From NCBI GenBank assembly GCA_038087875.1, contig JAXLNO010000140.1:124001-188000 (forward strand): 64,000 bases of DNA. The letters are read 5' to 3'. The position numbers and the translations under genes were made by a program. Positions 23,456 to 35,267 of the stretch are shown here, in pieces (the stretch's first letter is position 1; every line of letters starts with the position of its first letter). Under the pieces are notes generated by a model that worked only from the letters and a program-made list of their open reading frames with translations, had not been told where the DNA came from and searched no databases. This stretch comes from Malacoraja senta. Taxonomy: Eukaryota.

Positions 23456-25165
23456 AGATAGATGGGGGCAGGTACTAGGGCATGGACAAGGTGGGTTGGT
23501 GAGTGGAGGATGTAACCAGGGTGGGGACAAGGTGGGTGGGTGGTAGATGTTGGGCGTGGGCACTGGGTGAATTGGGGATGTTGCTAAGGTGTGGACGGGG
23601 GGGGTGAGTGGAGGATGTGGGGGGGTGAGTGGGGGGGTGTGAGAGGGGGTGAGTGGAGGGTGTTGGTTGTTCGGGGGTGAGTGGAGGATGTTGGGGGTGA
23701 GTGGAGGATGTTGGGGGGTGGGGGTGAGTGGAGGATGTTGGGGGTGGGGGGGGGGGGTGAGTGGAGGATGTTGGGGGTGGGGGTGAGTGGAGGATGTTGG
23801 GGGGGGGGTGAACACCCCGTAGCTGGAGCAGGGTGAGGTTGAGTGGGCTATTACAAGGCGCGGGTGTCGGGACATGGGGTGGGTACATGTGCTGTTACTG
23901 AGAAGGGGGTGAGGGACATGTAAGTGGGCTGACGGTGGGGAGGGTAAATGGAGCGGGTGGGGTGTGAGGGTCCGTTACTGGGGCAGGTGAGGGGCTGTTA
24001 GTGAGGTGGGCTGTGGGTGGGTGAGGGGCCGTTAGTGAGGTGGGCTGTGGGTGGGTGAGTGGGCTGTGGACTGACACTGGGCAGGAGCTGAACGTGTTGT
24101 ACAGGATTGTAGATTTCCCAGATGCTGGGCCACAGAGGGTAGTTGAGGCCAGTTCATTGGCTATATTTAAGAGGGAGTTAGATGTGGCCCTTGTGGCTAA
24201 TGGGATCAGGGGGTATGGAGAGAAGGCAGGTACGGGATACTGAGTTGGATGATCAACCATGATCATATTGAATGGCGGTGCAGGCTCGAAGGGCCGAATG
24301 GCCTACTCCTGCACCTATTTTCCATGTATCTATGTACCACGGGGACTGAGCTGTTATTTGGGGCAGCTAATCACCATTCATTCACACACACACATGTACA
24401 CACAAAAAAACCCCACAAAAAATAGGCTGCTGCCATTTGACGCCACAACCTCCCCCTGCATAGCGCCTGTTCACCAAGGTGTGGAAAGTGATGCAGCTTC
24501 TGCTAAAGAGCATCGTTCCATTGTAATCTTCAAGTTGTATCAGCAGCAACACCCTGTGTATCCATCCACTTAAAATCATTAATGAATCCACTTCCTGCAG
24601 TGTTTTGGAGAGAATATTCTGGATCCTGTCAGTATTGAATCTGTGACCTCTGTTTATTGATCCCTCAATAGCAAAACCTTTCTCGTGTAAAACCCTGCGA
24701 CAAACCTCAACGTTTGATAGGTCATCTCTTTTACCTTCTCTGTTCCGAGAGGACTCCTAACTTTTCCAAATTACTCTTTACTGTAATTCTAGACACTGTC
24801 TAAATCAATTCTTAGGCTTGAAGTCTGAAGAAGGGTCCCGACCCAAAACGTCACCCATCCTTTTTCAGACAGAGATGCTGCCTGACCCGCTGAGTTACTC
24901 CAGAACTTTGTGTCTATCTTAGGCTTTTGACATCCTTCCTTTAGTTTAGTTTAGAGATACAGCATGGAAACAGGCCCTTCGGCCCACCAAGTCGGCACCG
25001 ATCAGCGATCCCTGCACACTAACAGTTGAGCCGTGGGCGGATCAGTTGCATGGTGCTTTTGTGAACAACAGCACAAACATTGGGCCACGTGGCCCTTTGA
25101 ACATTGTAAACCTTGAGAGAGAAGTTTGCGTTGTTGACAACTTGCTCTTCTTTCCCACCCCCCAG

Positions 25166-25234
25166 GTTTGGCGTACTCTGAATCGGTCTCTCCCCTTGCC
25201 AAGCTGTGGGGCTGGATCTCGCTGCTGTCTCCAG
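25166..25234 (+). CDS. SUN2: SUN2-like exon 4 (phase 1/1)
   Basis: ccccag| LAYSESVSPLAKLWGWISLLSP |gtacct. Confidence 0.75.
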
Positions 25235-26561
25235 GTACCTGCATTACTAATCTTCCCTCTTCTGTGGTCCATGGCCCCAAAACTCTGCTCCAGTCAACCA
25301 GTGCCCTGCTGATACTGGACCCCAGTGGTGAGGTAGAGCCCGCTGCTCCCTCCTTAAACTCCAGGGATTGCACAAGGCCTGGTCCCCAGTGCTGTGTTGT
25401 TTGTGCAGCCTAGGACCACAGTCAGTGCGGGAGGAAGCCGCCTTCCAGCTTGGTACTCCAGTGTGTTCCCTCAGCCTGACTGGGTCACTCACTGAGATGA
25501 GTGGTGAGTTCCCCAGAGGACCATAGAGTCAAGAGACGACTGACTGTCAATGCTCGGTTACTCGATCCCGACTGAAGTCATGTTGTAACACCTAAGGGAG
25601 GCCTGGTTTGTGTTCCAGGGTCACTGGGGTGATGAAAGAATAGGATCTCCTTTAGATTTCCCCAGCTGTGTGGCACCGAGGACACTTTTGAAATGTAGTG
25701 TAAGGTGGTGGCCCGTGGCCAAGCTCACACACAGCATTGTGGTGATCAGCATACGTGCCCACGTTCAATAAATCTAGATTTCTCTAACTTCAAGTAACCC
25801 TCTCTCTCTGTCCCTCCCCCTCCTTAGTCGTTGTACTAGTTTCACTGTCGTCCTGGTGAGTTTCATTGTCTGTATAATTCGTTAACACCGAGCCCACAGC
25901 CAACCAACAATGGACCCTTTCCTTCATCATCGTTACTTTTTTGCATATCGTTCATTCATTTGTTCCATATCTCTCTACATCATCGTCTAAATCGCTTGTT
26001 TCCCTTTCCCCTGACTCTCAGTCTGAAGAAGGGTCTTGACCCGAAACATCACCTATTCCTTTTCTCCAGAGATGCTGCCTGTCCTGCTGAGTTACTCCAG
26101 CTTTTTGTGTCTATCTTTGCCCATGTTGGTTGTGGGATAAGATTGACTGGGACAGAGGGGGCTGCTATCCATCCACAACCAGGCAATCTGTCTGTGTTGA
26201 AAGGTGATACTCCCTGCTCGGTGGAAGTGTCATTGACAATCTCCCGTTTATTTAGTCTGGATACAAAAGGAGGCCATTCGGCCCGTCGTGGCCTCTGCAG
26301 TACCGCCATCAGTGCTGTTGTCCCGTTGATATCCCTGCGACCTATTTTTTCTCGGGTTCCATACAGCTCCCCTGGGTTCTTCTGCCACCACCTTGCGGTG
26401 GACTTTCTGTGGTGGTCCTTGCAGGGGAGAAGGTCTCTGAGCCTGACGTGGTTCCACAGTATCAGTGGGTTCCGTGTTGGAGAGTCTGAGCTCTCTCCGC
26501 TTCCACTGATGGGAAGCATCGGGCCCAACGTTGTCTCATGTTGTGTTGCTGTCTCTTTCAG

Positions 26562-26655
26562 AAAAATCTCTGCCCCTGGTGTACTGGTGGTTGGGCACAG
26601 CCTGGTACCAGTTAACAACGGCCATCTCCTTGATCGATGTCTTAACTCTGTCCAG
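26562..26655 (+). CDS. SUN2: SUN2-like exon 5 (conserved hydrophobic region, phase 1/2)
   Basis: KSLPLVYWWLGTAWYQLTTAISLIDVLTLSR, compare human LLYWWAGTTWYRLTTAASLLDVFVLTR. Confidence 0.92.
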
Positions 26656-26800
26656 GTACGTGTTCCGGGGATCCACAGACTCCCTTCCTCCACCTGGTCA
26701 ACTGAAGCAAAGTCACCCATCGCCGCTGCCTCCTCCATCTCCTCCCTACCTCTGTACTGAACACACCCTCCCACAGGACACCCAGTCACACTGAACTCCC

Positions 26801-27981
26801 AACAATAGACAATAGGTGCAGGAGTAGGTCATTCGGCCCTTCCTTCCATTCAATGTGATCGTGGCTGATCATCCCCAATCAGTACCCCGTTCCTGCCTTC
26901 TCCCCATATCCCCTGACCCCGCTATCTTTAAGAGCCCTATCTAGCTCTCTCTTGAAAGTATCCAGAGATCCTGCCTCCACCGCCCTCTGAGGCAGAGAAT
27001 TCCACAGACTAACCACTCTCTGTGAGAAAAAGTGTTTCCTCTTCTTCGTTCTAAATGGCTTACTCCTTATTCTTAAACTGTGGCCCCTGGTTCTGGCCTC
27101 CCCCAACATCGGGAACATGTTTCCTGCCTCTAGCGAGTCCAAACCCTTAACAATCTTATATGTTTCAATAAGATTCCCTCTCATCCTTCTAATCTCCAGA
27201 GTGTACAAGCCCAGCTGCTCCATTCTCTCAGCATATGACAGTCCCGCCATCCCGGGAAATAACCTGGTGAACCTACATTGCACTCCCTCAATAGCAAGAA
27301 TGTCCTTCCTCAAATTAGGGGACCAAAACTGCACACAATACTCCAGGTGGGGTCTCACGAGGGCTCTGTACAACTGCAGAATGACCTCTTTGCTGCTATA
27401 TTCGATTCCTCTTGTTATAAAGGCCAACATGCCATTCGCTCTATTCACTGCCTGCTGTACCTGCATGCTTACTTTCATTGACCGATGAACAAGGACCCCC
27501 AGATCCCGTTGTACTTCCCCTTTTCCCAACTTGACGCCATTTAGATAGTAACATGCCTTCCTGTTTTTGCTACCAAAGCGGATAACCTCACATTTATCCA
27601 CATTAAACTTCATCTGACATGCATCTGCCCACTCCCCCAACCTGTCACCCTGCATTCTCATAGCATCCTTCTCACAGTTCACACTGCCACCCAGCTTTGT
27701 GTCATCTGCAAATTTGCTAATGTTACTTTGAATCCCTTCATCCAAATCATTGATGTATATTGTAAATAGCTGCATTCCCAGCACCGAGCCTTGCGGTACC
27801 CCACTAGTCACTGCCTGCCATTCTGAAAGGGCCCCGTTAATCCCTACTCTTTGTTTCCTGTCTGCCAACCAATTTTCTATCCATGTCAGCACTCTACCCC
27901 CAATACCATGTGCCCTACTTTTGCTCACTAATCTCCTATGTGGGACCTTATCAAATGTTTTCTGAAAGTCTAGGTACACTA
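26801..27981 (-). mobile_element. Young CR1 LINE, 5'-truncated, with an open 366-aa RT C-terminus
   Basis: ORF 26879..27979: YLDFQKTFDKVPH, GVPQGSVLG, KFADDTK. Confidence 0.96.
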
Positions 27982-29538
27982 CATAAACCCAACATAGAAC
28001 AGCCCACTCTCACTCCTACAGGTCCACTCACCATAGAACAGCCCACACTCACTGTACCCGACAATGCCTTACAGCACTTACAGCGGCAGAGACCCAGATT
28101 CCATCCTGACTACGGGTGCTGTCTGTTCACAGTTTGTGCGTTCTCCCAATGACCTGAGTGGGTTTTTCCCGGTACCTCCGGTTTCCTCCCACACTCCAAA
28201 GACGTACAGGTTTGTAGGTTGATTGGCTTAGTTTAATTGTAAATTGTCCCTAGACGGGGGGGGGGGGGTGGAATCTTGTACAGGACAGAGACACGTGAGA
28301 GGCTAGAAGTTGGTATGGAGTGTGGTGTGTGGAAGGTTAGTGGACAGAATAGGCAGGTGAAAGGCAGAGAACGAGGAGTTGGTTTAAACTGCACGTAAAG
28401 GGGGCCTGACAGGTAAGGCAGATGAGCTTAGGGCATGGATAGGTACGAGCGACTGGGACCTTGTAGCCATGACTGAAACCTGGTAAAAGGAGGGGCAGGA
28501 CTGGCAGCTCAATGTTCTGGGGTACAGGAGCTTCAGGGCAGACAGGGGTGAGGGAAAAAGAGGAGGAGACATTACGGACGGTGCGTCTAGTGAGGCTATA
28601 TGGGTGGAGTTGAGGAACAAGAAAGGGATGATTGCCTTGTTGGGGGTGTACTACAGACGCCCGAATAGTCAACGGGAATTAGAAGAACAAATGTGCCAGG
28701 AGATTGCAGACAGCTGGAGGTCAAATAAGGTTGTTGTAGTAGGGATTTTAACTTTCCCAATATAGACTGGGAAAATCATAGCATGAAGGATTTAAATGGG
28801 GTGCAATTCCTCAAAAGTGTTCAGGAGAGTTTTCTTAAACAGTATGTAGAGGCCCCCACACGTGAGAGGGCAAAACTGGATCTAGTATTTGGAAATTGGG
28901 AAGGCAGGTTAATGAAGTGTGTGTGGAGGATCCTTTTGGGTCCACTGACCACAGTTGGATTAGGTTTAAGATAGTTATGGATAAGGACGGAGAGGGTCCA
29001 CGTGTTCAAATGCACAACTGTGGTAAGGCCAACTTTGAGGGTATGAGAGAAGGTCTCACTCAAGTTGACTGGAGCAGGTTATAAGAGGGGAAAGGAACAT
29101 GGGCCAAGTGGGATGTTTTTAAGTGCTGACGAAAGCTCAGGATATGTACGTCCCCGTTAGAGTGAAGGCCAAAGCAGGCAAACGTAAGGAAGCTTGCCTG
29201 ACAAGGGAAATTGAGACGTTGGTCAAAAACAAGGATGCATGGGACGGGTATAGGCAGCTGGGATCAAGTGCATTCCCTGGAGGAGTTTTGGGAACTAAGG
29301 AGTAAACTGAAAAACGTGATCAGAAGGGCAAAAAGGGTCCAGGAGATAGATCTGGTGGGTATCAACAATCCCAAAAGATTTTATAAATACATAAGGGGGA
29401 AAAGGGTAACCAGAGAGAGAGTGGGACCTCTCAGGAATCAAAGCAGTCACATCTGTGTGAAGCTACAGGAAATGGGCAAGGTCCTCAATGAATATTTCTC
29501 CTCTGTATTTACCGAGGAGAAAGACAGTGGGACGGAAG

Positions 29539-30692
29539 GTGGACAAAAATGCTGGTGAAACTCAGCGGGTGAGGCAGCATCTATGGAGCGAAGGAATAGG
29601 TGACGTTTCTGGTCGAGACCCTTCTTCAGACTGATGTGGAGGTGGGTGGGCAGGAAGAAGAAAGGAAGAGGCGGAGACAGTAGGCTGTGGGAGAGCTGGG
29701 AAGGGGAGGGGAAGGAGGGAGAAAGCAAGGACTACCTGAAATTGGAGAAGTCAATGTTCATACCGCTGGAGTGTAAACTACCCAAGCGAAATATGAGGTG
29801 CTGCTCCAATTTGCGGTGGGACTCTGGCCATGGAGGAGGCCCAGGACAGAAAGGCCTGATTCGGAATGGGATGGGGAGTTGAAGTGCTGAGCCACCGGGA
29901 GATCAGGTTGGTTAATGAGAAGTGTGCGGAGGTGTTGGGTGAAGCGATCGCCAAGTCTATGCTTGATCTCACCGATGTAGAGCAGCGGATGCAATAGATG
30001 AGGTTGGAGGAGGTGCAGGTGAACCTCTGCCTCATCTGGAAAGACTGCTTAGGTCCTTGGATGGAGTCAAGGGGGGAGGTAAAGCGACAAGTGTGGCATT
30101 TTCTGCGGTTGCAAGAGAAAGTACCAGGGAAGGGGGTGGTTTGGGTGGGAAGGGACGAATTGACCAGGGAGTTACGGAGGGAGCGGTCTCTGCGGAAAGC
30201 TGAAAGGGGAGGAGATGGGAAGATGTGGCCAGTGGTGGGATCCCGTTGGAGGTGGCGAAAATGTCGGAGGATTATCTGTTATATTTGACAGCTGGGGGGT
30301 AGGTGTGGACCATGGGGACTCTACCCTTGTTACAAGTAGGGGAATGGGGAGTGAGAGCAGAGCTACGGAAAAAAGAAGAGACCCTGGTGAGAGCCTCATC
30401 TGTAGACAAAGAGGGGAACTCCCCATTCCCTAAAGAATGAGGACATCTCCGATGCCCTGGTTTGGAACACCTCATCCTGGGTGCAGATGCAGTCGTCGAT
30501 GTTGCGGAGGTAGAGGTCGGGGATAGGGCCACGGTTCGACGTACCCTACAAAGAGGCAGGCATAGCTGGGGCCCATGCGCGTGCTCATATCTACGCCTTG
30601 GATTTGGAGGAAATGGGAGGAGTCAAAGGAAAATTTGGAGGAAATGGGAGGAGTCAAAGGAAAAGTTATTGAGGGTAAGGACCAGCTCCGCT
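29539..30692 (-). mobile_element. Penelope-like element nested in CR1
   Basis: RFTCTSSNLIYCIRCS, YIGEIKHRLGDRF and MGPSYACLFVG on the minus strand. Flanked by an imperfect 18-bp repeat AAGACAGTGGGACGGAAG / AGGACAGTAGGACGGAGG. Confidence 0.9.
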
Positions 30693-31159
30693 AGGACAGT
30701 AGGACGGAGGAACTTGGAGCAGTCAATGGAAGTGTCTTAAGAGCAGTCAGTGTTACCGTCGAGGAAGTATTGAAGGTACTGTCGAGTTTGAAGGTAGACA
30801 AATCTCCGGGACCTGATCAGATATATCCGAGGACATTGCGGGAAACTAGAGGGGAAATTTACGAGTCGTTCTTAAATACAAGAGAGGTGCTGGAAGACTG
30901 GAGGGTGGCAAATGTTGTGCCTCTTTTCAAGAAAGGCTGCAGGGAAAATGCTGGGAACTATAAGCCGGTGAGCTTAACATCTGCAGCTGGAAAGTTACTA
31001 GAGAGTATTCTGAGGGATAGGTTATACAGGCATTTGGATGGGCAAGGGCTGATTGGGGATAGTCAGCATGGTTTTATACGTGGGAGGTCGTGTCTCACAG
31101 ATCTGATTGATTTTTTTTTAAGATGGACCAGAAAGGTCGATGAGGGCAGAGCTGTAGAT

Positions 31160-32283
31160 ATAACCATATAACCATATAACAATTACAGCACGGAAACAGG
31201 CCATCTCGACCCTTCTAGTCCGTGCCAAACACGTATTCTCCCCTAGTCCCATATACCTGCGCTCAGACCATAACCCTCCATTCCTTTCCCGTCCATATAA
31301 CTATCCAATTTATTTTTAAATGATAAAAACGAACCTGCCTCCACCACCTTCACTGGAAGCTCATTCCACACAACCACCACCCTCTGAGTCAAGAAGGTCC
31401 CCCTCATGTTACCCCTAAACTTCTGTCCCTTAATTCTCAAGTCATGTCCCCTTGTTTGAATCTTCCCTACTCTCAGTGGGAAAAGCTTATCCACGTCAAC
31501 TCTGTCTATCCCTCTCATCATTTTAAAGACCTCAATCAAGTCCCCCCTTAACCTTCTGCGCTCCAAAGAATAAAGCCCTAACTTGTTCAACCTTTCTCTG
31601 TAACTTAGTTGTTGAAACCCAGGCAACATTCTAGTAAATCTCCTCTGTACTCTCTCTATTTTGTTGACATCCTTCCTATAATTAGGCGACCAAAATTGTA
31701 CACCATACTCCAGAATTGGCCTCACCAATGCCTTGTACAATTTTAACATTACATCCCAACTTCTATACTCAATGCTCTGATTTATAATAGCCAGCACACC
31801 AAAAGCTTTCTTTACCACCCTATCTACATGAGATTCCACTTTCAGGGAACTGCACAGTTATTCCAAGATCCCTCTGTTCACCTGCATTCTTCAATTCCCT
31901 ACCATTTACCATGTACGTCCTATTTTGATTTGTCCTGCCAAGATGTAGCACCTCACACTTATCAGCATTAAACTCCATCTGCCATCTTTCAGCCCACTCT
32001 TCCAACCGGCATAAATCTCTCTGTAGACTTTGAAAATCTACTTCATTATCCACAACACCACCTATCTTAGTATCATCTGCATACTTACTAATCCAATTTA
32101 CCACACCATCATCCAGATCATTGATGTACATGACAAACAACAGTGGACCCAACACAGATCCCTGTGGCACCCCACTAGTCACCGGCCTCCAACCTGACAA
32201 ACAACCATCCACCATTACTCTCTGGCATCTCCCATTCAGCCACTGTTGAATCCATCTTGCTACTCCACCATTAATACCCAACC
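31160..32283 (-). mobile_element. Young CR1 with (ATATGGTT)n tail, present only in duplication copy 1
   Basis: ORFs 31820..32296 and 31243..31839. The empty site GCTGTAGATGTTATGTAC is seen in copy 2 near 35784-35801. Confidence 0.95.
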
Positions 32284-34033
32284 ATGTTATGTACATGGAT
32301 TTCAGTACGACATTCTACAAGGTTCTGCATGGTAGGCTGCTCTGGATGGTTAGATCCCATGGGATCCAAGGAAAGATAGCTGAATGGAGAGCAAATTGGC
32401 TCCATGGAAGGAAGCAGAGTGTGATGGTGGAAGGTTGCTTCTCGGACTGGAGGTCTGTGACTAGTGGTGTGACTCAGGGTTGGGTGCTGGGCCCGTTACT
32501 GTTTGTCATCTACATCAATGATTTGGATCAGAACATACAGGGCAAGATTAGCAAGTTTGCTGATGATACAAAAGTGAGTGGTTTTGCAGATAGTGAAGAT
32601 GGTTGTGAAAGATTGCAGCAAGATCTGGATCGATTGGCCAGGTAGGCTGAGGTATGATTGATGGAATTTAATACAGAGATGTGTGAGATGTTGCATTTTG
32701 GGACACTGAACAAGGGCAGGACCTACACAGTAAATGGTAGGCCTCTGGGTAGTGTTGTAGAGCAGAGGGATCTAGGAGTGCAGGTGCATGGTTCCTTGAA
32801 GGTCGAGTCGCAGGTAGATAAGGTGGTCAAAAAGGATTTGGCACATTGGCCTTCATCAGTCAGAGTTTTGATTGTGGAAACTGGGAGGTCATGTTGCAAT
32901 TGTATAAGACGTTGGTGAGACCGCATTTAGAATATTGTGTTCAGTTCGGGGCACCATGTTATAGGAAAAATATTGTCAAGCTTGAAAGGATTCAGAGAAG
33001 ATTTACGAGGATGTTGCCAGGACTAGAGGGTGTGAGCTATGGGGAGAGGTTGAGTAGGCTGGGTCTCTATTCCATGGAGCTCAGCAGGATGAGGGGAGAT
33101 CTTATAGAGGTATACAAAATCATGAGAGGAATAGATCGGGTAGATGCACAGTTTCTTGCCCAGAGTAGAGGAATCGAGGAACAGAGGACATATGTTCAAG
33201 GTGAAGGGGAAAAGATTTAATAAGAATCCGAAGGGTAACGTTTTCACACAAAAGTTGGTGGGTGTATGGAACAAGTTGCCAGAGGAGGTAGCTGAGGCTG
33301 AGACTATCCAATCGTTTTAAAAAACAGTTAGATAGGTACATGGATAGGACAGGTTTGGAGGAATATGGACTAAGCACAGGCAAGTGGGACTAGTGTAGCT
33401 GGGACATTGTTGGTCGGTGTGGGCAAGTTGGGCCGAAGGGCCTGTTTCCAAACTGTGTCACTTTATGACTCTAGTCTGTAGGGTAGTGTTAGTGGGCGGG
33501 AATCGTTGGGCGGTACGGACTCGGTGGGCCGAAGGGCCTGTTTCTGTGCTGTGTCTTTAAACTAAACTTTAAAATGAGAACCCATTTATTGTACCCCAGA
33601 TAAACCCACCACAGGCCAACCCACTTGTACTACCCCAGATAAACCCACTAGAAACATAGGAAAAACATAGAAAAATAGGTGCAGAAGTAGGCCATTCGGC
33701 CCTTCGAGCCACGGACTACAAGATAGCCTGCCCACACTCTACCCCAGATACATCCATAGAACAGCCCTGTGATACTGCACCCTAGGTTGACTAATCTTTG
33801 CACCAGTGTCACCGTGGCTCTGAGCTTTGGGTGTGTGGATTGACGGTCTGTCAGCAGCGTGGGTCCATGGCGTCTCTGGAGAGAAGGAATGGGTGATATT
33901 TCAGGACAACGCCCTTCTTTAGACTCCAGAGATGCTGCCCGACCCACTGAGTTACGACAGCTTTTTGTATCCATCTCGCTTGAGACGGGGTTGGGTTCAA
34001 TAGCCGGCAGACTTGTGTGTGTTTCCCCTCCAG

Positions 34034-34077
34034 GTGTGTCCCTCACGTGAAGAAGTGGGTGCTGCTGGCATTACTGG
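34034..34077 (+). CDS. SUN2: SUN2-like exon 6 (start of transmembrane segment, phase 2/1), copy a
   Basis: cccctccag| RCVPHVKKWVLLALL |gtaagg. Confidence 0.7.
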
Positions 34078-35267
34078 GTAAGGACCTGCTCCATTTCACA
34101 TCTCACTTCATTGATCATTGATGTCTGCAGGACAATATGAAGAGAAAATCTTCACTGAAGGTTGGAGCACTTGAGGCAAAGCATGAGGAGAAACAGTCAT
34201 GTTGAGAGTAAAGGATTAAAGGTGGAGGGATTGGGGTGGGGCCAGGGCTGTATTTACCAGTCTGTTTGACAGAACAACACTGGTGAATTTATAGTGTCAA
34301 CTGAGTATCCCGAGCCCAAGGTTCTTATTGGAATTAGAGTGAGGTCCAAGCAGCTGAATTGAGGTTGTGTTATATTGTTCATAAATTATAGGAGCAGAAT
34401 TAGGCCATTTGGCCCATCAAGCCTACTCCACTATTCAATCATGGCTGATCTATCTTTCCCTCTCAACCCCATTTTCCTGCCTGTTCCCCATAACCTCCGA
34501 CACCCGTACTAATCAAGAATCTTATCAATCTCCACCTTAAACATACCCATTGTCTTGGCCTCCTCAGCCGTCTGTGGCAATGAATTTCACAGATTCATCA
34601 CTCCCTAACTAAAGAAATTCCACCTTGTCTCCTTTCTAAAGGTGCGTGGTTTTGTTCTATGGCGATGGCCTCTGGTCCTAAACTCTCCCACTAGTGGAAA
34701 CATCCTCTCCACATCCTCTCTATCCAGGCCTTTCATTATTCGGCAAGTTTCAATGAAGTCCCTTCTCAACCTACAGCGAGTACAGGTCCAGTGAGCACAG
34801 GCCCAGTGTCTACAAATGCTCATCACACGTCAACCCACTCATTCCTGGGATCATTCTCGTAAACCTCCTCTGGACCCTCTCTAATGCCAGCATTTCCTTC
34901 TTCAGATGTGGAGCCCAAAACCGCTCACAATACTCCAAATGTGGTCGGGCCAGTGCCTTATAAAGCCTCAGCGTTACATCCCTGTCTTTATATTCTATTA
35001 TCAGGGTGCTTGTATTTGATAAACTCGCTGTTCTAACGCGTGCAAAGGTGCTAATCTCCAGATTGTTCCCAGTAGCTGGTACAGTGAGTGTGGGTGTGGG
35101 AAGGGAGTGTGGGTGATGAGTAGGGGAGTGATGATGCAGGAGGGAGGGCTGTATATTCCTCGGGCACTGGCACTGGTTCTGAGGGCAGGTGGCACCTCGA
35201 GGCTGGGACCAATCTCCTCGATGGGTTTGCTAACGCCGTTTGGATGGGTTGATATGGTTTGGATAAG

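Larger units (their letters stand above)
28290..33470 (+). mobile_element. Long degenerate CR1 ORF2 (APE to 3' UTR) interrupted by a Penelope element and another CR1
   Basis: KADELRAWIG...AMTETW (APE), KSPGPDQIYPR, NYKPVSLTS, KFADDTK, RPHLEYCVQF. Confidence 0.92.
30635..35262 (+). repeat. Tandem segmental duplication, copy 1 (about 3.5 kb plus a 1.1-kb CR1 insert)
   Basis: Collinear near-identity with 35268-38764, with matching ORF pairs (e.g. 32289/35796, 32846/36353, 33648/37154). Confidence 0.96.

Noticed and set aside
25960..26789. Long overlapping ORFs (266 aa +, 246 aa -)
   Set aside because: They run through a Penelope pLTR and intron sequence. The real exon (26562-26655) is in a different frame.
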